From Lentisphaerota bacterium (GTDB lineage Bacteria > Verrucomicrobiota > Lentisphaeria > Victivallales > UBA1829), in contig SUWI01000001.1 of the NCBI GenBank assembly GCA_015061565.1, forward strand, positions 21,505 to 85,504: a stretch of DNA of 64,000 bases. The letters run 5' to 3'. Position numbers and translations under genes: made by a program. Of this stretch, positions 9,514 to 18,703 are shown in pieces (position 1 is the stretch's first letter; the number at the start of each line of letters is the position of its first letter). The notes under the pieces were generated by a model, which worked only from the letters and a program-made list of their open reading frames with translations, ran no database searches and was not told where the DNA came from.

Positions 9514-9954
9514 ATGAAAAAAAGAATATTTTATGCCGCAATGTTCGCCATTCTTGGAGTAACGGGACTTGCGGGATGTGTCAACTGCCCGGCAGAAGGA
9601 GACGGGAAGGTAAATATGAAAGCCATGTATGATGCCCGGATCGTCCGGCTCTCCATCGTGACGGTCGATCCGGACCGGCTTGAGGAATATATGAAGTTCG
9701 CAGCGGAATGCGGAAAGACCTCCATGCGGAAGGAGCCCGGCGTGCTGATGATGTATTCCATGCAGGACAAACTCCAGCCCAACAAGATTTCGATCCTGGA
9801 GATTTATGCGGACCGTGCTTCCTACGAACGCCATATCAGGACGGCGCATTTCCGGAAATACAAACAGGGGACCTTGTCGATGGTCCGGAAACTCGAGCTG
9901 CTGGACCAGACCGCGCTGATCCCCGAAATGATGATGAAGGAGCAAAAACAATGA
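9514..9954 (+). CDS. Antibiotic-biosynthesis-monooxygenase (ABM) domain lipoprotein
   Basis: Lipobox GLAGC. ABM-like ferredoxin fold IVRLSIVTVDPDRLEEYMKFAAE...ILEIYADRASYERHIRTAHFRKYK. Confidence 0.7.
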   Translation: MKKRIFYAAMFAILGVTGLAGCVNCPAEGDGKVNMKAMYDARIVRLSIVTVDPDRLEEYMKFAAECGKTSMRKEPGVLMMYSMQDKLQPNKISILEIYADRASYERHIRTAHFRKYKQGTLSMVRKLELLDQTALIPEMMMKEQKQ

Positions 9955-11012
9955 ATAAAATGATGCAGACAATGCTTGCCGCAGCGGTCATGCTGACAGC
10001 GGCAGCGGAAACTTTCGGAGGAGATAAAATGCAAAGTTCCATTCTGACAAAAAAAGAATGTGCCGTTGTGGACATCGGAGCCGCCGTTGCGCGCGGTGAC
10101 CAGACGGCTCTTGCCGGCGCACTGAACCGCGGGTTCGATGCCGGAATCACGCTGAACGAAGCGAAAGAATACATCGGACAGCTCTACGCTTACTGCGGCT
10201 TCCCCCGTGCGCTCAACGCCGCAGCCACGCTGATGAAGGTCGCCGCCGAAAAGAAGCCCGCCGAGGGGCGTGCGCCCAATCTGCCGCCCGCCGGAAAAGC
10301 GATCGATTTCGGGACCGCCAACCAAACGAAACTCTGCGGTGCGCCGGTCAAGGGACCGCTGTTCGATTTCCATCCGCAGCTGGATGAATATTTGAAAGCG
10401 CATCTTTTCGGCGACATTTTCGCCCGCGACAACGTGGACTGGCGCACCCGCGAACTGCTGACCGTAGCGGCATTGGCGGCACGTCCGGAAACGGAGCCTC
10501 AGATGAAGGCGCACATCGCCATCGGCAAGAACAACGGCATCACCGATGCGCAGGCGGCGGCGATCGTCGCAAGAGTCCGCCGTCCCGCCGAACCGGAACA
10601 GCTGCCCGCCGACTGGTCGGTGTTCCCGGTCGGCAAGCCGAACACCGCTTACGCGAAATATTTCATCGGGCGGAGTTTCCTTGCTCCCGTATCCACGGAA
10701 CAGGTCGGAGTTTTCGCCGTGACCTTCGAACCGGGCTGCCGCAACAACTGGCACATCCACCATGCGGCGAAGGGCGGCGGACAGATCCTGATCTGCACTG
10801 CCGGCGAAGGTTACTATCAGGAATGGGGCAAGCCCGCAGTCCGGATGAAACCCGGCGACCGGGTGAACATCCCGGCCGGGGTGAAACACTGGCACGGAGC
10901 CGCGCCCGATTCATGGTTCCAGCATCTCGCCGTGGAAGTTCCCGGAGAAGGAGGACGCAACGAATGGCTGGAGCCCGTGGACGATGCCGCTTATAGCAAG
11001 GTCACGAAATGA
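9951..11012 (+). CDS. Carboxymuconolactone decarboxylase (CMD)-family domain fused to a cupin domain, with signal peptide
   Basis: ATGA overlap with the upstream stop. CMD-like LYAYCGFPRALNA...HLFGDIFARDNVDWRTRELLTVAAL. C-terminal cupin NNWHIHHAAKGGGQILICTAGEGYYQEWG...GVKHWHGA. Confidence 0.75.
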   Translation: MNKMMQTMLAAAVMLTAAAETFGGDKMQSSILTKKECAVVDIGAAVARGDQTALAGALNRGFDAGITLNEAKEYIGQLYAYCGFPRALNAAATLMKVAAEKKPAEGRAPNLPPAGKAIDFGTANQTKLCGAPVKGPLFDFHPQLDEYLKAHLFGDIFARDNVDWRTRELLTVAALAARPETEPQMKAHIAIGKNNGITDAQAAAIVARVRRPAEPEQLPADWSVFPVGKPNTAYAKYFIGRSFLAPVSTEQVGVFAVTFEPGCRNNWHIHHAAKGGGQILICTAGEGYYQEWGKPAVRMKPGDRVNIPAGVKHWHGAAPDSWFQHLAVEVPGEGGRNEWLEPVDDAAYSKVTK

Positions 11013-11056
11013 CAGGGACAATGAAAGCATAACGAAAAATACAAGGAGGACACAAC

Positions 11057-12223
11057 ATGCTGGGAAATTTCCAATTCCACAATCCGACCAGACTTCATTT
11101 CGGAGAAAACGCGCTTGATTTTCTCGCGGACGAACTGAAGAACTACGGGCCGACCGTGCAGCTGTCATACGGCGGCGGCTCCATCCGGAAAAACGGCATC
11201 TACGATCAGGTTATAGCCATCCTGAAGGCGGCAGGCAAGACCGTCATCGATGACGGCGGCGTGATGCCGAATCCCACGCTCGAAAGGATGCTGGAAGGCG
11301 CGGCAAAAGCGAAGGCAGACAATGTCGACCTCATCCTCGCCGTGGGCGGCGGCTCCACCATCGACTACGCGAAAGGCGTCAGCGTTTCCGCCTGGTGCAC
11401 GGAAGATCCGTGGGAGAAATATTATGTCCGTTTCGAGGAACCGTCCTGCCGCATCATTCCCGTGGGAAGCGTCCTGACGATGGTCGGGACCGGCAGCGAG
11501 ATGAACGGCGGCAGCGTCATCAGCAACCACCAGGCCGGACTCAAGGTCGGCAAGGTCTTCGGTCCCGCCGTTTTTCCGAAATTCACCGTGCTCAATCCCC
11601 GCTTCACCTTCACCGTGCCGCGCCGTCAGATGGTCGCGGGCATCTTCGACATCATGAGTCACATCCTCGAACAGTATTTCAGCGGCGAGGACGACAACAC
11701 CAGCGACTATATCGCCGAGGGTCTGATGCACTCGCTCATCCGTTCCTCGCGCATCGCCGTGAAGAATCCGGAAGACTACGAGGCCCGGAGCAATATCATG
11801 TGGACCGCCACCTGGGCGCTCAACACCCTCATCGCGATGGGCAAGACGACTGACTGGGAAGTCCACATGCTCGGACACGCCGTCGGCACGCTGACGGATG
11901 CGACACACGGCATGACGCTTTCCGCCGTATCGCTGCCGTACTACCGCCGCATTCTGCCGTACGGACTGAAAAAGTTCGCGCGTTTTGCCGTCAACGTCTG
12001 GGGTATTGCGGCAGACGGAAAATCCGACCGGCAGCTGGCCGATGAGGGCCTTGCTGCGTTCGAGGCGTGGATGCGGGAGATCGGCGTTTCGATGAACATC
12101 TCGGAACTCGGCGCAACGGAGGAAATGCTCCCGAAGATCGCCGATGCGACGTTCCTGCTCGACGGCGGCTACAAACAACTCACCCGCGAGGACGTTCTGG
12201 AAATCCTCCGGCAGAGCCTTTGA
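11057..12223 (+). CDS. Iron-containing (group III) alcohol dehydrogenase, YqhD/butanol-dehydrogenase-like
   Basis: LAVGGGSTIDYAKG, metal-site histidines (DIMSHILEQYF, WEVHMLGHAVG...THG), full length 388 aa. Confidence 0.9.
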   Translation: MLGNFQFHNPTRLHFGENALDFLADELKNYGPTVQLSYGGGSIRKNGIYDQVIAILKAAGKTVIDDGGVMPNPTLERMLEGAAKAKADNVDLILAVGGGSTIDYAKGVSVSAWCTEDPWEKYYVRFEEPSCRIIPVGSVLTMVGTGSEMNGGSVISNHQAGLKVGKVFGPAVFPKFTVLNPRFTFTVPRRQMVAGIFDIMSHILEQYFSGEDDNTSDYIAEGLMHSLIRSSRIAVKNPEDYEARSNIMWTATWALNTLIAMGKTTDWEVHMLGHAVGTLTDATHGMTLSAVSLPYYRRILPYGLKKFARFAVNVWGIAADGKSDRQLADEGLAAFEAWMREIGVSMNISELGATEEMLPKIADATFLLDGGYKQLTREDVLEILRQSL

Positions 12224-12241
12224 CCACAGGAGACAGACACC

Positions 12242-12841
12242 ATGAAAAAGACCATTACTGCGCTCGTATTTGCACTGGCCGCGCTGCTGCCGTTCTGCGG
12301 CTGCGCGAAAGACGATGCATCGAACACCAAAACAGGAGGATCCGCCATGAACAACACCGGCAAAGCACTCGTAGTTTATTTTTCCGCCACGGGAACGACC
12401 AAAGGCGTAGCCCAGCGTCTCGCCGGAGCGATCGGAGCAGACATCTTCGAGATCGTCCCCGCCCGGCCTTACACTGATGCCGATCTCAACTGGAGGAACA
12501 AGCAGAGCCGCAGTTCCGTGGAAATGGCCGACCGCAAGAGCCGTCCCGCCATTGCGAAAGCCGCGCCCGAACTGGCAAAATACACTGCGGTCTACATCGG
12601 TTTCCCGATCTGGTGGTACCGCGAGCCGTCGATCATCGACACGTTCGTCGAATCGAATGCTGAGGCTCTCGCTGGAAAGACGATCGTGCCGTTCGCCACT
12701 TCGGGCGGCAGCGGCATGGGCGATTCCACCGCCAATCTCCAGGCACTGGCTCCGAAGGCCAAGGTCACCGAAGGCCGCCGCTTCAGAGCTTCCGTCGATG
12801 CCGACACGCTCAAAGCCTGGGCGGCCGCGGTCACGAAATAA
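12242..12841 (+). CDS. Flavodoxin with lipoprotein signal
   Basis: Lipobox LPFCGC followed by KALVVYFSATGTTKGVAQRLA (flavodoxin FMN-phosphate loop) and FPIWWYREP. Confidence 0.8.
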   Translation: MKKTITALVFALAALLPFCGCAKDDASNTKTGGSAMNNTGKALVVYFSATGTTKGVAQRLAGAIGADIFEIVPARPYTDADLNWRNKQSRSSVEMADRKSRPAIAKAAPELAKYTAVYIGFPIWWYREPSIIDTFVESNAEALAGKTIVPFATSGGSGMGDSTANLQALAPKAKVTEGRRFRASVDADTLKAWAAAVTK

Positions 12842-12867
12842 ACGCTGCCGTTTGCCGCGTTATACTT

Positions 12868-13914
12868 TCAGTAACGGCGGCGGTTTTCCGTTCTGCGTCC
12901 GCCTCGACGATAAGTGGACCGGTTTCCGTTATTCTCCTTGCTTTCGCGGACGACCCGGAATCCGACGTTGGCATAACCCTGATCGGGATCACGTCCGACT
13001 CCGCGCGCCTCGGTACGGCATTCCGTGCGGCGGCTGTCCCACGCGCCGCCCTTGACCGCACGCTGACTGCCAACGGCACTTGAGGTCCATTCCCAGACAT
13101 TGCCCCACATATCCACCGCACCGCAGGCGGAGATCGTTTTTGCATAGGCATTGACGGGAGTCGTGCCGTCGTTTTCGCCGCAGTTGAAATCGGCATCCTT
13201 CGGCATGTGTCCGGCCGCCGCTTCCCATTCCGCTTCGGTGGGCAGACGGTAGGCCGCGCGTCCGCCGTCCCGGTCGGTAAGGTATTTGCAGTAGGCAATT
13301 GCATCTTCGTAACTGATATTCACCACCGGATGTTTCGCCAGATCCTCCGGCATTCTGCCGTTTTTCCAGGTGCGCGGCGCTTTCCGGCCGGTCGCGGCGA
13401 TGAATTTGGCATAATCCTCGTTGGTCACGGGCGCATAACCGATGGAAACATTCTGCCCGGCGCCGAGCACCTGCTGATAGCCGTCGGCGCTGCGGTTGCG
13501 CAATCCGGGACGGAAACGCTGATCGGTGAAGCGGCGCATGGAATTATCGACTCGCTGATCACGGTCGCGGAGCATCTCATCGACGATGTTCTGCATTTCC
13601 TCGACTTTGTACTGGTCGCGGGCGGTGCGTTTCAGCTCTTCGAGTTTGGCTTTCTTGCGGGCGACCACGGCATCGTAATTGCGTTCGACCTGTTTTTTGA
13701 GCGCGGCATAATTCGCCTCGCCGGGATCGCGGCGGTAAGCAGCGATCAGACGCTGTGTTTCCTCATTGAGCTGGGGACGCTCTTTTTCGATGGTAGTGCT
13801 GTAGCGATGAAGTTTGGCGTCCGGATTGGCGCGCTGCGGCGCGGCCTCAATGCTTCCTGTGATCCCGATGAGAGTCACACCTGCGATGACAGCGGCAAAA
13901 TCGATTCTTTTCAT
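12868..13914 (-). CDS. FGE-sulfatase (SUMF1/formylglycine-generating enzyme family) domain protein, secreted
   Basis: Signal peptide, coiled-coil N-terminus, then YRLPTEAEWEAAAG, NVWEWTSS, RGGAWDS, VGFRVVRE. Confidence 0.8.
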   Translation of the reverse strand: MKRIDFAAVIAGVTLIGITGSIEAAPQRANPDAKLHRYSTTIEKERPQLNEETQRLIAAYRRDPGEANYAALKKQVERNYDAVVARKKAKLEELKRTARDQYKVEEMQNIVDEMLRDRDQRVDNSMRRFTDQRFRPGLRNRSADGYQQVLGAGQNVSIGYAPVTNEDYAKFIAATGRKAPRTWKNGRMPEDLAKHPVVNISYEDAIAYCKYLTDRDGGRAAYRLPTEAEWEAAAGHMPKDADFNCGENDGTTPVNAYAKTISACGAVDMWGNVWEWTSSAVGSQRAVKGGAWDSRRTECRTEARGVGRDPDQGYANVGFRVVRESKENNGNRSTYRRGGRRTENRRRY

Positions 13915-13966
13915 GTTTCCTCCGTAATCTTGAAGTTCGAGTTGGAACTATTGCATTCCGTCCTCA

Positions 13967-13994
13967 AGAATGCGGAGAAATCGATTTATCTACA
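13967..13994 (-). promoter_or_regulatory. Promoter-like motif copy A: TGTAGA-N16-CATTCT
   Basis: Minus-strand reading is CCATGTAGATAAATCGATTTCTCCGCATTCTTGAG. It lies about 50 nt upstream of the ATG at 13914. Confidence 0.6.
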
Positions 13995-14020
13995 TGGTAT
14001 TTTTCAAAAAACTGAAAAAT

Positions 14021-16252
14021 TCATTCCTTTTTATCAAACTGGCCGCGGAATTCCTGGAGTCTGGGGCCATGATATTGCTCCAGTTCGCGGGCGATCACGG
14101 CGGACAAAGCGTCCGCTTCTTCCTGAGCTCCCCGCCGGCGGAACATTTGATGCCGCCGCAGCTGGATCTGGATCAGTTCTTCCTTAACGGGATCGGAGAT
14201 CTCCGGATTGTGGAAGAGGATCTCCAGAATGGCCAGCAGCCGTTCGCTTTCTTTGCGGACCTTTTTGTCACCGCCGCGGCGGCGCAGGACATCCATGCAG
14301 CGCTGGTGCAGTTTGACCACGGCGGAAACGATCTGCGGGTCGTTGGGCCAGCGTCCGAGCATTTTTTCGGAAAGACGGAGGATATCGTCCATTGCATTCC
14401 CGCTGTTCTGGAAACTGCGTATCAGACGGAATTTCCGGGTCATCAGATCGATCAGAGCCAAGCCGTATTCCGGCTGTTCCGGATGTTCTTCCGCGAGTTT
14501 GGCGAGCAGTTTTGCCGCATTGGGTTCCACGCCGGGGATCCGGAGCGAATGATACAACCGCGGATTGCCGCCCAGCAGCACGGCGTACAGGAAACGGTAT
14601 TCCGGATTGGCCGGCTGATCCTTGAGCAGGGTTTCCAGGATCCGGAATGCGCGGCTGCGTTCTTCACTGTCCGGAGCCTTGGAAATCGCCAGCAAGGCCC
14701 GGACGGTTTCGAACCGGTCTTCCGCTTTTTCCGACTTTTCATATTTTTCGATGACCTGCCGATACAACCGGTCTGCCTCCGCGGTTTTTCCGCGTTTGCC
14801 CAACACTTCCGCCAGCCGGTTCACGGGACAGGCATCGGAGCGGTATTTCATCATGCTGCGGTATGCTTCCTCGGCAACCTCGTAACTGCCGGTCCGCATG
14901 GCGCATTCGCCGATCACCGCGTATGCTTCGCAGATTTTGGACGGCGGAATGTGGCGTTGACCCGCGATCATCCGGTAATAGGGCAGCAAGGCATTCAGCA
15001 GTTTGGCATTCTTCCGGGAGGGCGGCTGTTCCGAAATACGCTTGAAAATCTGCGAGATCGCCGAATCGGCGGCCTGCGCATTCTGCTCCGCCAGCTTCAA
15101 GGCGGCCCGGGTCTGAATGAAACCGACGATCAGCGAAATCACCAATGCCGCCGCGCATCCGGCGGAAGCAAAGGTCAAGGCGGCTACGGCCGGTTTCCTG
15201 CGGCACCAGAGGATCAGCCGATGCAATAGAGTGTATTTGCACGCTTTGACCGGTTCGCAGTTCAGAAAACGCTGCAGATCGGAAACCACTTCATCCATGC
15301 TGGAATACCGGTCGGCGGGGTCGAAACTGATGCACTTGTTGATGATGGCGGCGAATTCGGGTTCGGTGCAGGAAAGCGGTTCGATCGCTCCGGAGCAGAT
15401 CCGCTTCACCAGATCTTCATGAGAGTTGCTTTGAAGCAGGGGTTTCCCTGTTGCCAACTCATACAGTGTCACCCCGAAAGCATACTGATCGGTGGCGAAA
15501 GTGTTGATCCCTTCCGCCAGCCGTTCCGGAGCCATATAACGCAGCGTGCCGCTTCGGCTGCCTCGGGTTTCGACGACCGGCTCGTTTCCGGACAGGATGA
15601 AGGCGATCCCGAAATCGCTGAGATGGATGTTCCCCTCCGTATCCAGCAGCATATTGGCCGGTTTGATGTCCCGGTGGAGGATCCCGCAGCGGTGCGCGTA
15701 AGCCAGCGCCTGCGCCGCCTGCAGACCGATCCGCGCCAGCTCGCGCAGATCATCGAACTGACAGCGGTCCAGTCCCTTGCCGTCGATCAGTTCCATCGCG
15801 TAATAACAGCGTTCCTCACTGCATCCGGCACTGTAGATCTTGACGATATTCGGGTGGTGCAGCATGGCGATGACTTTCGCCTCGTTTTCAAACAGTGCCC
15901 GCTGATCGTCATTGGTGAGCAGAGAGGAATTCAGCAGTTTGACCGCCACGCGGCGGTTGAGCGAAACCTGAACGGACTCGAACACGACACCCATGCCGCC
16001 GCTGCCGATTTTGCGGACCAGGCGGTAATCCGAATCCGGCAGATTGGTGCGTTCCGGCTGCGTCGGAGCACTCTTCCGCGTCTGATCCGGACTGATTTTT
16101 TCCATATCCAGCATCAAAGCCAGAAGACCGCGCAATTCATCGGCATGTTCCGGATGTCCCGCGAGAAAATCCTCGGTTTTCAGGTCTTCCCCGGCCTGCC
16201 TGCGTTCCAGAAATTCTGCCGCGATCTCTTCGACGGAATGCTCATTGCTCAT
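14021..16252 (-). CDS. Membrane Ser/Thr protein kinase with C-terminal TPR-like repeat domain
   Basis: Hanks motifs GSGGMGVVF, VAVK, HRDIKPANMLLD, DFG, APE. TM segment AVAALTFASAGCAAALVISLIVGF. Long helical-repeat C-terminus. Start MSNEHS forms an ATGA overlap with the sigma gene stop. Confidence 0.9.
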   Translation of the reverse strand: MSNEHSVEEIAAEFLERRQAGEDLKTEDFLAGHPEHADELRGLLALMLDMEKISPDQTRKSAPTQPERTNLPDSDYRLVRKIGSGGMGVVFESVQVSLNRRVAVKLLNSSLLTNDDQRALFENEAKVIAMLHHPNIVKIYSAGCSEERCYYAMELIDGKGLDRCQFDDLRELARIGLQAAQALAYAHRCGILHRDIKPANMLLDTEGNIHLSDFGIAFILSGNEPVVETRGSRSGTLRYMAPERLAEGINTFATDQYAFGVTLYELATGKPLLQSNSHEDLVKRICSGAIEPLSCTEPEFAAIINKCISFDPADRYSSMDEVVSDLQRFLNCEPVKACKYTLLHRLILWCRRKPAVAALTFASAGCAAALVISLIVGFIQTRAALKLAEQNAQAADSAISQIFKRISEQPPSRKNAKLLNALLPYYRMIAGQRHIPPSKICEAYAVIGECAMRTGSYEVAEEAYRSMMKYRSDACPVNRLAEVLGKRGKTAEADRLYRQVIEKYEKSEKAEDRFETVRALLAISKAPDSEERSRAFRILETLLKDQPANPEYRFLYAVLLGGNPRLYHSLRIPGVEPNAAKLLAKLAEEHPEQPEYGLALIDLMTRKFRLIRSFQNSGNAMDDILRLSEKMLGRWPNDPQIVSAVVKLHQRCMDVLRRRGGDKKVRKESERLLAILEILFHNPEISDPVKEELIQIQLRRHQMFRRRGAQEEADALSAVIARELEQYHGPRLQEFRGQFDKKE

Positions 16253-16854
16253 GACTGGAACTCCGTATATTCGGCAAGTTTCTGTCTCAGCCGCTGCAGG
16301 GCCCGGACATAGCGGATGCTGGCGGCTTTCGGTTCGATCTTCAACGCTTCCGCACATTCCGCATTGCCCAGTCCGTCGAAGTGACGCATTTCCAGGATCT
16401 GACGGTCGTTTTCGGACAGATCGGCCAAGGCCTGCTTCAGTAGTTCGTAACGGTCTTTTCTGGCGATCCGGGTAAGCGGACCGGTCACCGTATCCGCAAA
16501 AAGATTCCAGTTCACTTTGCCGGCGGTCGCATTTTCCGACTCGGTGACCTCCATTTCCTTGTAGGCATCCCGTTTCTGGCTCTGCAGATGCTTCCGTTCC
16601 AGTCCGATAATGGTCTGAAACAGCAGGGTGCGCAGCTTGAAATAAAGCGGAATTTCGGGATTGTTCTCGAAAAAGTCGATCTTCTGGCAGGCGGAAGACA
16701 AAGTGTCCTGGACTACATCTTCAGCGGTGACGCGTCGGCGCAGCACCGGAATGAGGTTTCTTTCCGCCAAGGCAAGAAGACGGCCGCGGTGCTCGAGAAA
16801 CTGTTCCGCCCAGAAAGTCTGCCGTCCGGCCTGATCTTCAGTTGTCATTTTCAT
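16249..16854 (-). CDS. ECF-type sigma-70 family RNA polymerase sigma factor
   Basis: Region 2 (VTAEDVVQDTL) and region 4 (LSENDRQILEMRHFDGLGNAECAEALKIEPKAASIRYVRALQRLR). The second ATG (16848) has better RBS spacing. No anti-sigma gene; the kinase follows directly. Confidence 0.85.
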   Translation of the reverse strand: MKMTTEDQAGRQTFWAEQFLEHRGRLLALAERNLIPVLRRRVTAEDVVQDTLSSACQKIDFFENNPEIPLYFKLRTLLFQTIIGLERKHLQSQKRDAYKEMEVTESENATAGKVNWNLFADTVTGPLTRIARKDRYELLKQALADLSENDRQILEMRHFDGLGNAECAEALKIEPKAASIRYVRALQRLRQKLAEYTEFQS

Positions 16855-16954
16855 TCCCTCCTGCTAATGTGATTAATATAAACGTTCTATCGGAAAAAGT
16901 CAACCGGAAAACAGTCGGTTGTCGTATGGCGTCAGCGGAATTGAGAAACGCGAA

Positions 16955-17130
16955 CAGTAGGACCATTGGGACGATTAGGACCGGTAGGATGATGCGGAAG
17001 ACATGGTCAAATGCAATACCGGATATTTTGCGTTCCGTTCACATCGCTGATTCATTGATCACCGTATCGTTACTTCGCCATCCACGTCCGTCCTACCTGT
17101 CTTACTGGTCTTACTTGTCCTACTCTCTGT
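16955..17130. repeat. Two inverted blocks of four 9-bp TAGGAC-type units
   Basis: 16956-16991 reads AGTAGGACC ATTGGGACG ATTAGGACC GGTAGGATG. 17089-17124 reads CGTCCTACC TGTCTTACT GGTCTTACT TGTCCTACT, the reverse-complement type. The blocks are about 95 bp apart, inside the sigma leader. Confidence 0.6.
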
Positions 17131-17153
17131 CATCCCGTTGGGCTCCACTCTTG

Positions 17154-17181
17154 AGAATGCGGAAATTCCGGTTTTTCTACA
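17154..17181 (-). promoter_or_regulatory. Promoter-like motif copy B: TGTAGA-N16-CATTCT, facing the sigma/kinase operon
   Basis: Minus-strand reading is GCTGTAGAAAAACCGGAATTTCCGCATTCTCAAG. It lies about 300 nt upstream of the sigma start. Confidence 0.6.
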
Positions 17182-17220
17182 GCATTTTCCCAATAATCCG
17201 GGAAAAAAGCTGTTTTCCCC

Positions 17221-17248
17221 TGTAGATTCGGCAGGATTTCCGCATTCT
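17221..17248 (+). promoter_or_regulatory. Promoter-like motif copy C: TGTAGA-N16-CATTCT
   Basis: CCCTGTAGATTCGGCAGGATTTCCGCATTCTTAG, about 75 nt upstream of the ATG at 17323. Back-to-back with copy B. Confidence 0.6.
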
Positions 17249-17322
17249 TAGCCGGTAAGAAAGCGCCAGAGCGTTTATCCGGCGTTGGAGACTCTATGTT
17301 CAACAGGAGGAAGAAAACCATC

Positions 17323-18489
17323 ATGAAGAAAACCGTTTTGCTGACAATGCTGAGCCTGTGTGCCGCCGTCTTTGCCGGAAGTGATCCCGAAAATGATTTT
17401 GTTCGGATCCCGGCCAATCCCGATTTTACTTTCGCAAGGAGTCTGCAAAGCCATGGGCTGCGCAGTGGATCCGGTGAAAAATCGCCGATCGCCAAAGCAT
17501 ACCGCATAGCGAAATATCCGGTCACCAATGCCGAATATGCGGACTTCTGCAAAGAAACCGGACATCGTCCGCCCCGTTACTGGCGGAACGGAACTTTCCC
17601 TGACGGTAAAGCCAAACACCCGGTGCTGGAGGTCTCGGTGGAAGATGCGAATGCATACTGCCGCTATCTCGAAAAGAAACATCCCGGGTGGCGCTTCCGT
17701 CTGCCTACCGAGGCCGAATGGGAGAATGCGGCGGCCGGACCGAAGCATTTCGAGTTCCCGTGGGGAAATTCCGCACAAGTCAGGATGACGGGCGGGCTGA
17801 TCGAAGCTCCGTTCAATTTCAATGCGGTCGTTGCGTCCCATTATCTGAAAAAATCGCCAGACCGGAAGGTCGTCTTTTTTCATCAGCGTTCTGCCCGGCA
17901 GGGAGAATCGGCAACGCTGCGGGATTTGATCTCGGTGAACGAACGCGGACAGGTGCGCGGCTGGATCAATCATGACGATTATACCGGTTTCGTTTATACC
18001 GATCTGTTCCGGAATTTATCCGCCGAGGGAGGATTCACCACACCAGTGGACCAGTATCCGGAAGGAAAAAGTCCATACGGCTGCTTTGACATGGCCGGAA
18101 ATTCATGGGACTGGACCTGTTCCGAAATCACCGCATCCAATGGAGCGGAGCGAGGCAAGACCGTGAACGCGATCCGCGGGGGCTCCTGGTATGCGAACAA
18201 GAACTCCTGCCGCACGGATTTCCGCGGGGAAGGCCGTCGGGCGCAGGGAAGATATAACACGGTCGGATTCCGGCTCGTTGCCGGGCGCGAGGGCGATTTC
18301 ACACTGCCGGATCCCGTTCCGGCATTGGGTCACAGAGAAGATGCCCCTCCTCCTCGTCCGGATCATTCCGTCTCACCGCCGGAACGCGGGGAACGTGCAA
18401 AGCGGCCGGATTCCGATTCTTTGTCGGATCGACCCCCGCGCAGGAAAAAGGCCGGAAAGACATCCGGCAAAAGGAGAAAAAAGAAATAG
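17323..18489 (+). CDS. FGE-sulfatase (SUMF1 family) domain protein, secreted, basic Pro/Arg-rich C-terminal tail
   Basis: Start at MKKTVLLTMLSLCAAVFAG (RBS AGGAGG 17305-17310). FRLPTEAEWENAAAG, NSWDWTCSE, RGGSWY, VGFRLVAG. Confidence 0.8.
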   Translation: MKKTVLLTMLSLCAAVFAGSDPENDFVRIPANPDFTFARSLQSHGLRSGSGEKSPIAKAYRIAKYPVTNAEYADFCKETGHRPPRYWRNGTFPDGKAKHPVLEVSVEDANAYCRYLEKKHPGWRFRLPTEAEWENAAAGPKHFEFPWGNSAQVRMTGGLIEAPFNFNAVVASHYLKKSPDRKVVFFHQRSARQGESATLRDLISVNERGQVRGWINHDDYTGFVYTDLFRNLSAEGGFTTPVDQYPEGKSPYGCFDMAGNSWDWTCSEITASNGAERGKTVNAIRGGSWYANKNSCRTDFRGEGRRAQGRYNTVGFRLVAGREGDFTLPDPVPALGHREDAPPPRPDHSVSPPERGERAKRPDSDSLSDRPPRRKKAGKTSGKRRKKK

Positions 18490-18585
18490 ACTCAATTCCC
18501 CATATTGGTTGATGGACGGATCAATTTCATATTTCACACCAATATTCCCTGGACATTGCTTTATTTGAGATTATATTACTTTGGC

Positions 18586-18612
18586 ATCGGTAATTCGTGC
18601 TCAATTACCGAT
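18586..18612 (+). terminator. Perfect 10-bp hairpin ATCGGTAATT/AATTACCGAT
   Basis: 7-nt loop. Sits between the FGE-domain gene and motif copy D. The downstream T-tract is weak (GTTGTGGATTTG). Confidence 0.4.
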
Positions 18613-18646
18613 GTTGTGGATTTGATGAAAAAAATTCAAATTTCCC

Positions 18647-18674
18647 TGTAGATTCGGCGGGATTTCCGCGTTCT
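18647..18674 (+). promoter_or_regulatory. Promoter-like motif copy D: TGTAGA-N16-CGTTCT
   Basis: CCCTGTAGATTCGGCGGGATTTCCGCGTTCTTAAG, 30 nt upstream of the ATG at 18704, with RBS AGGAGG in between. Confidence 0.6.
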
Positions 18675-18703
18675 TAAGAACAGGATCATCAGGAGGTATA
18701 AAA

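Noticed and set aside
16842-17225. 127-aa plus-strand ORF in the sigma-factor upstream region, with the repetitive peptide ...SYLSYWSYLSYSLSS.
   Set aside because: The peptide periodicity only reflects the 9-bp DNA repeats. There is no RBS, and the ORF spans two oppositely oriented promoter-like motifs. It is more parsimonious to treat it as non-coding leader or regulatory DNA.
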